A stretch of 57,003 bases of DNA, filler included, from Sphacelaria rigidula (taxonomy: Eukaryota): NCBI GenBank assembly GCA_964200075.2. It is 7 parts of 7 records of this genome, joined end to end, with 100 filler letters (N's around TTAATTAATTAA, not from the genome) between each part and the next. Parts side by side here need not be neighbours in the genome. Positions count along the whole stretch, not along the records: positions 48,948 to 57,003 come from CAXNAA020012470.1; 6 more parts are not named here. The stretch is one strand, 5' to 3'. How positions within the stretch are numbered: the first letter of the stretch is position 1; the number at the start of each line of letters is the position of its first letter. Below the pieces are notes generated by a model. It was not told the DNA's origin, ran no database searches, and was given only the letters and a program-made list of their open reading frames with translations. The position numbers and the translations under genes are program-made. Positions 50,311-57,003 of this stretch are shown one piece after another.

Positions 50311-53300
50311 CGGAGATGGTGTACAGGTGGATGTTCGACGGGCCATATCCATGCCTGTCCGGCTTGAAAGAGGCGGCGGAACTCGTGGCCAATAGGGACG
50401 ACTGGCCGGCGCTGTACGACCTGCGCAAGCTGGAAGCATGCGAAGTTCCGTGTGCGGCTGTGGTATACTACGACGATATGTGAGTGAACCAACCGTGCAC
50501 GGCGTGTACAGCATTATTTATTTATTCTTACCGCAGCAGTCGATCATCGAGAAGCTCCTTGGTTAGCTAGCCCTTGGTAACCTTTTGACTGGAGAGCACT
50601 GCGGCCAGTTTTCAGTGAGTCAGTCCGTGAATGCTAATCCAAACGTCCACGCCTTCGTTTTGAGGTATGCTTTTTCAGTGAGTATTCTTCATCCTCTCCG
50701 CAGTTGTAAGGCTCCGTAACCTCTGAGGCTTATATATATATTTTTTTTTTTCTTCCTGAGTAGAGTAAGAAATCCGCCTCGAGAGATTGGGCCGAGTTCC
50801 TGAGTCCGTACGTACTAAACCCTCCTTTTTTGCCATTTGAGCTCTCAGCCATTCATTTGTGATGGAACTGTTTTTGTTTGTTGTCAGTCACTCAGAGGTC
50901 TGACAATTGTTCGAATCCCGAGAAAATCGCATTATATACGTCTTAGTCCACTCTGTTTTTTCCACCTTTTTCTGTTTTGCTCACTTTTCTTCACGAGTGT
51001 TTCCACTTCGTCTTGTCTCGGATACGTCTATCATGTGGAGAATGACCATGTCTGGATCATGACTCCTGGGAGATCAGTTGAAGTGCGACAGTCATTCATT
51101 CAATCAATCAATCAATCAATCGATCAGTTGATCAATCAATGGAGAAATAAAAATCTGTAATGAGGCAAGGAGAAGAAGTGAACGAGGTGGTACGGTAGTA
51201 CCGGCTACGTTCCACCAGGGTTCATGCGATGACCCCGTCGTTTCGGGCCCTTGTACCGGAGATTCTGTTTGCCTAGGTTGCCCAAGATCCAGTTTCGCAG
51301 GTTTGAACGTTTCGGATCCGCTCATGTGTGTCACTGGCGAACCTCGTTCCAGAGACTGTTTCTCCGGCTTACATGTGTATTTGGATGTTCATTACGCTCA
51401 TACATATGTGGTCTCCACAGTAATTTGTTTTTTTGTGTCGCTACTTCTCTGCAGCTATGTCATGTACCCTACTCTAAGCAGTGTCGAGGATGTACAGTAT
51501 GCTCCAGGTGCTGAAAGTCCTTGGTCCCTCGGGGTACGACATGTTTGTGGTCCGCATTTTTGTTCTGAGGGGGGGGGCGTATTCATTTGTTGCGTGCCTT
51601 CGTCGTTCAACCGTTGACTACGCATCCCTTTCGAAACGGTGCACCTTTGATCCTTCCCCTTCCTCGGGATGAGTTCGAAGACTCAAGGAGGCCACCTGAA
51701 GAAATGTCCATAAACAATGGTTGGTACTACGGAGATGCCGCGAACCCTAACGCTAACCCTAAGCCTAACCCCGACCGAGGCATACCGAGAACCCTCGGGC
51801 AAGGGGGGTGGAGAGTGTTTCCTGAGCAAAATGTGCGCTGCCCGAGCTCAAATCGATGCCCCAGGCGCCAATTTCGGACCAGAACACGTTCTGGACGAGC
51901 TGGGTCTACTGCTCACCGCTTCTCACCTGCTCCAAAGCATAATTTTTCTTAGAACTTTCTTCAGCCTGAAATCAAGTAAAACCGAGTACCAACCGTTATT
52001 TACGGACACTTCTCTAGGTCTACTGGTCTCAAGGAATCAATCCATCCCTCCCCGGTACGGTACACATTTTGTTTTTCCCCATCACTACTTGAACCCCACT
52101 CATTCCCTTCCTCAGGGGTGAGTCTATGGTCCCAAGAAATCAACTCATCTCTTCCCGATACATACCTTGTATTTTGGGTCTCTCACGGATTGGATCAGCG
52201 CTCCCGCACCGCGTCAAGTAATATCGTCGGAAATACTGAGGATACCCTGGACGACAATGTGGTCAATAATACTCGTAGTCGCAACCGGTCGTCCCGGTGG
52301 CTCAGTTGTTAACCTCGAATCCTTCTGACGGTTGGGCCGTGGGTTCGAATCTCGAAGCGATCTGGGATTTTTTCTCGTACATTGCCCAACAGAGGAGAGC
52401 GACTATGTCGTGGGTACACACAAAATTCGACTTCACGGTCGATGAGGAAAAGGGACTGCTGAACCCCTCTCGCGATAAATAGAAAAGCCAAGCACCGCAG
52501 AAGGAAGGTGGAGAACTAAAAACAAACAAAGAATGAAACAAATCCTGTGTTGACCTTCCTCCTTTGTGACCCCCGGCTGGTGCGCCCACATACACCGAAA
52601 GGTGTAGACCGGTGTCCAGAATAGGTGTGGCAGTGTAACATAGCATACACACACGGTCGGAATAGAACAAAAATGGTACTGCATGAAGTATAGATTTATT
52701 GCAACAACTGTTGTCGGTCCCGCAGTAGTTGCAATAGGATTGGAAACCCATTGTGATTTCACGCGTAGGTTCGTGTCCTACCGTCGACGCCAATATAAGA
52801 GGGGCCTGTGGACAGCGGGCCAGCCTTATCTGACCCAAGGACGGTGGGTGTATGTAGGTATAGTATCTTCTCACTCAGTGGACTTGTACGTGGGGAGCTT
52901 GCAGGGCATAGCTCGGGACGAGAGATGGACTGACCAGGGTGAGCGTGTGACTGACGCGCCCAGAGTGAGGAGTATGACGTTAGCCCAGACAGGGATTGGA
53001 GGATGACGGTCCCTGGGCCGACGGGCCCGGGGAGACGGTCCGGTTTGACATGCCCGGGTTATGAGTAAGCGGGTCGGGTCATATAGAGTGTCAATCACAT
53101 ATACTTTATATGCAGTACTTTTTTTGTTTTTCCCCGTTGCAACTAATAATATTCTTCACCACATTTTCGTCCGGGGTGTGAGAAGTTGTTCGTCAGACTT
53201 TTTTTTTTGTCGGCCCACGGATTGGGTCAATACTCCCGCGCCGCGTCGTCGATTACTCTCGTCAGCTAATTTTGCTCTCGCCGTTCATACGTTCACGTTT

Positions 53301-53984
53301 TCAAGGTCGGAGATCGGATACTTTTCAATGTTCGGAGGAATCATCGCTGCTCAAAGTCAATAAATCTACGGTATATTTATTTGACCAGAGTGCTTGCTGG
53401 AAAAAAAAGAAGGGAAGATTAACCCCGGGATCAAAACATGCTTTACGCGAAAGTTTGCACTATTTCACGTGCTTGGGGCGCGCGTACCTGGGGTGCATGG
53501 TTGGAAAGAAAGCGCAAAGGGTTGATTCGTACTGTACGAGCCAATCACACTGAAAGCAAGTGATATTGAGACGAATCGTTATTCGTACGACCTTTGATAG
53601 TATACTTTGTCAGCCAGGGGAAAACAAAGCGTCTATATGCCAGGAATCGAAATCGCACCCTTCCGACCTTATGGTGTCCGTTGCAACATTAATCTACCGG
53701 AGCGCGGAGGCTGCATCTCTCGGCCGGATGAAATCGTGATGTCGAAGGGTTGGAAAATATTTTTCTCGATGTATCACAGCATTGCACTTCACTGTATCAG
53801 CGCGCACTCAGTGAGTACTGTCGCACACCCTCGACTTTCATTGTCTTTTTTTTGTTATGGCACTCGACTAAAAATATGACATCAAGTGTCCATGTTGTCG
53901 GGCAAGGCAGAAAAATATGCGGAGATGTGTCCCAAAGCCTCGTGCCGAATCGGAGTTTTCTCAACAACATATTTCCAGTTTGAG

Positions 53985-54059
<75 letters not shown>

Positions 54060-54842
54060 ACACACACTCGGTGGAGTATACGACCCCCCGCCCTCTTTGT
54101 CAAAGAAAATCCTGCTATTCAAGATGTCCTCAATCACTATCAAAGAATCGAAATCGTCGACCCCTGAGAGTATACCTGCTGGCATTCGGACTTGAAATTC
54201 TCGTGTTTTCAGATTTCGACGGGGTTTGTCTGCTTGTCTCTCTTTCTTTTTGAGATCATGATTGTGTGTGAGTGCTGTAATCCTAGCCGTGACTTTTTTG
54301 CTCCCAAAATAGGTGCTGCAGAAGGGCGCCGATCTTGGTCTCTGCCCACGCGCACTCTGCCTAGCTAGCTATGACACCCTGTGGACCCCGTTTCCCGGGG
54401 ATTCTTGGTGTGCCTTAGGCCAGGTTTCGCGTTGAGACGTACGGGTTGTAAGTTTTTTTGCTAAAAAAAAAAGCATTTGTGTGCCGACCAAGCTTCTTGT
54501 CAATGCGTTAACGTAACCCCGCCTCCTGCCCCTCGCTCCCCGCTCCCCACGCCCGCCATCCTGCGTACACCGCTCCCGCGCTGTCGCGTATCCCCTCCCC
54601 CCCCCCCGCGCGGCCTCTCTTTCTTCTTGTCGAATACTGTCCCGCATTTTTGGGGGGTTGGAATCCACAATGTAAACAGCTACGTAGAGCGAGAGTTTTC
54701 CGAGGAGACATCGAAATTAATGCCGGACTGCAAGATATGGGTGACCAACCAGTATCAGCACTCCGGCCTGCGGGAAGATGGGGAGAAGATCTTGGAGAAT
54801 TTGCTGGGAATGACGCGCGGAGAGATCGATCTTCCGTCCTAG
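50311..54842 (+). CDS. Proline iminopeptidase (peptidase S33, alpha/beta hydrolase); last two exons 50311-50479 and 54680-54842
   Basis: Spliced product EMVYRWMFD..LKEAAELVA..DDWPALYDL..VPCAAVVYYDDIYVEREFSEET..KIWVTNQYQHSGLREDG..* contains the catalytic Asp and His regions; phase-2 GT-AG intron of 4200 bp. Confidence 0.88.
51740..52035 (+). repeat. Dispersed repeat with telomere-like (CCCTAA-like) head
   Basis: aaccctaacgctaaccctaagcctaacccc followed by the core shared with 6290-6520. Confidence 0.7.
52287..52620 (+). mobile_element. tRNA-derived SINE in the proline iminopeptidase intron
   Basis: Homologous to 17183-17525; A- and B-boxes present. Confidence 0.85.
53988..54067. repeat. (CA)n microsatellite
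   Basis: ~40 AC units with one interruption. Confidence 0.97.
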
Positions 54843-56100
54843 ATGGGTTGTTGCTTTTTTTTTCAGGAGTGGGAGATATGATATTTTCCCCGTCGTACAT
54901 CGCTCCCTGTTGCGGGGGAAATGTGGCATTTCGGTGGTTGGAGATTTTCCTGGGGACAACAGCGAGAGAGGGGGAGAAGGAGTCCTCCCACTCGCAGCTT
55001 TTTGTTGCATTTTTTCGAGTTGTATTTTCTTTCGAGAGGAGGAGGATATCACGCACAAAGATTTATTTAATATAATCCTCGAATAGTCTGCAAAACGTGT
55101 ACAACTGCTGCTCTGGTTCGATTTTTTAGCGGGGTGAGTTGATGTTCCCGGCGCAAGGAAGTGACACTGCAGGGGGACGGATGTTCCCATGTCGTCCATC
55201 GTTGGTTGTGGTCGGGAGGCAAGCGCGTGTCGTGGGAATAAATTGTGGTCTATCCTGATCTGGACACGTCCGCGGTCGTAGAGCCGAAGTCTCGTGGGCC
55301 CAAATCCGACATGAATCTAGAGACAAAAAACTGTTGCGACTGGAAAATTAGTGCAGAGGCCGTATCTGATGTGCCTTCCGCGATATCAATCCTGCCTTCA
55401 CTGGAAAACGATTGGTTTTTACATTCGAGTTTTACCAATTGGGGAAATTCAAAACATGCTATTTAGGAAGGCAACCCGGAAATCGCATCTGCGCTCTCGA
55501 ATCGATGGGGGTTGAAAAAGTTGCGGCAGGATCGGGCGGAGGTCGGCTTCGCAAACGCCAAATGAAGCTCAGGCGCCTGGACCGACGGGTCCTGACCAAT
55601 CCGCTTGGGTTTAGACCAACATGCGGGCTGATGTCGTCCCGCTTTTGTTTCGGCGGTTATGCTACGTTCAAGACCTCGTCAAGAGTCGGAAATTTCAGTG
55701 CATGGCACGTACGATATGAATAAAATATCTTCTAAGCAATACTTGTATTCAAGTCAAGTCTCATGCGGGAGTTGGGTTCATGGGCTTTCCTGGGGTTTTC
55801 GAGGGATGGGAAAATAACCGTCCCCGCGAGTGGTATCCGCCGTGTTCGCCTGTCGAAAACGAACGGTGGTGCCCCTGACTATCGCCCGGGTACATAGTAA
55901 GGGTGTCCATGTATTTATGATGATAGAGTAGTGATCATCAGGAATTTTCAGATTTCGTAGTTGTTGTAGTTTTTGAGTTTTTCTCGAGTACTATTCTTCA
56001 CTACTACTCGAAAGTGCTAGCGCCGGTAGATTTAGGGGGAAAGCGTAGGCCGCGCTCAAACTGCAGTGCCTAGGTTGGTGTTTGTGGAGCGATATGGACT

Positions 56101-56472
56101 AGATACTCCCTTTATCAGGAGGGTGTTATTGACCATTTTTGGTCCAATAAAAGGGCTTTTCCGGCTTCTCCGCAGCGAAACGGTAAATATTCATATGATT
56201 GAATGTGTAAACAAGTATTCACGATAACGATCGAGATCGTGTCTCCCTCCTATACTGCACAGACCTCAGTCTAGCATTTTCTGCGGATGGCCTCTTTTCG
56301 GGTTGCTTTCGCAAAACATTGTCCATGAGCACTCGAAAGTGCTGGCGTCGATGGTTTTGGCAAAATAAGCAGACCGTGCTCAAATCACAATCGCCCAAGT
56401 TGGTGTTGAGGGGGTGATGCGGAATACAGACCCCCTTTATCAGGAGGGTGTTATTGGCCGTAAATGGTCCAA
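56101..56472 (+). repeat. Imperfect ~47-bp direct repeat (~56101-56147, ~56428-56472)
   Basis: ccctttatcaggagggtgttattg...tggtccaa occurs twice. Confidence 0.7.
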
Positions 56473-57003
56473 GAAACATAGTTTTTCAGCTGTAGCGCCG
56501 TGAAAAGGTGGAATTTCAGAAAAGCAATCCTATCTTCACTTACATGATCGGGATCGAGTCGGTCCACCGAAAATACCCGAAAGCTAGAACCTGGGGTTGC
56601 ACTTCCGCAGGACCCCTGAAGATCGGTCGAGCCCGTAAGTCACTCAATATTGATCGCAAATATTCTTCCTCACTACATTTGTCAAGACGACTAAAATATC
56701 TCCAGATGCCCATGTTCGGCATCCAACCGTCACTGTGATGAGCGGTGGCAAGCGAAACGAATTTGGAAGTCTTCGAGAGAAAGTAAGAATTTACGAATTC
56801 TGCATACTTCTGACTCTGACTACTGTACCTCTCATCGTGCATTTAGAAGCATCGCGCAGCCCGCCCGCACTGGCGAATACGTCGAATACAATTTCCACCG
56901 GGTGAGGGTATTAGGGAAGGAGACATGCTTTAACAGCCGATCCTAATTTTTGGGGTTGAAACAAAAAATGAGTTTGAAGTCCCATTTCTCTGTTGCAGGG
57001 AAG

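Noticed and set aside
53797-54195. Poly-CV and poly-HT ORFs
   Set aside because: They are translations of the (CA)n microsatellite.
1-57003. Functional clustering of the EsV-1-7 gene with retroelements or the other genes
   Set aside because: They lie on different, artificially joined contigs.

Overview
Eukaryotic, repeat-rich sequence, most likely from a brown alga (Phaeophyceae). This is inferred from an EsV-1-7 repeat gene, long TE-filled spliceosomal introns and stramenopile-type proteins. The window is not one locus. It is seven contigs of 8056-8059 bp in descending length, joined by artificial N44-TTAATTAATTAA-N44 spacers. Contig 1 holds a full-length but decayed chromodomain Ty3/Gypsy element (both LTRs, 4-bp TSD, no tRNA PBS, possible self-priming stem) and a LINE RT fragment. 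Contig 2 holds five exons of UTP11, MITEs and a 28-bp minisatellite. Contig 3 holds an unknown minus-strand gene with NPF motifs, a tRNA-SINE and a foldback element. Contig 4 holds two decayed Gypsy fragments and a long foldback. Contig 5 holds exons of a protein with F5/8-C/FTP-like and P-domain-like modules. Contig 6 holds an uninterrupted ORF with about 21 tandem 38-aa EsV-1-7 C3H repeats that vary at fixed positions. Contig 7 holds the last two exons of a proline iminopeptidase. The most interesting items are the modular EsV-1-7 array (candidate code-like binder) and the candidate self-priming chromovirus.
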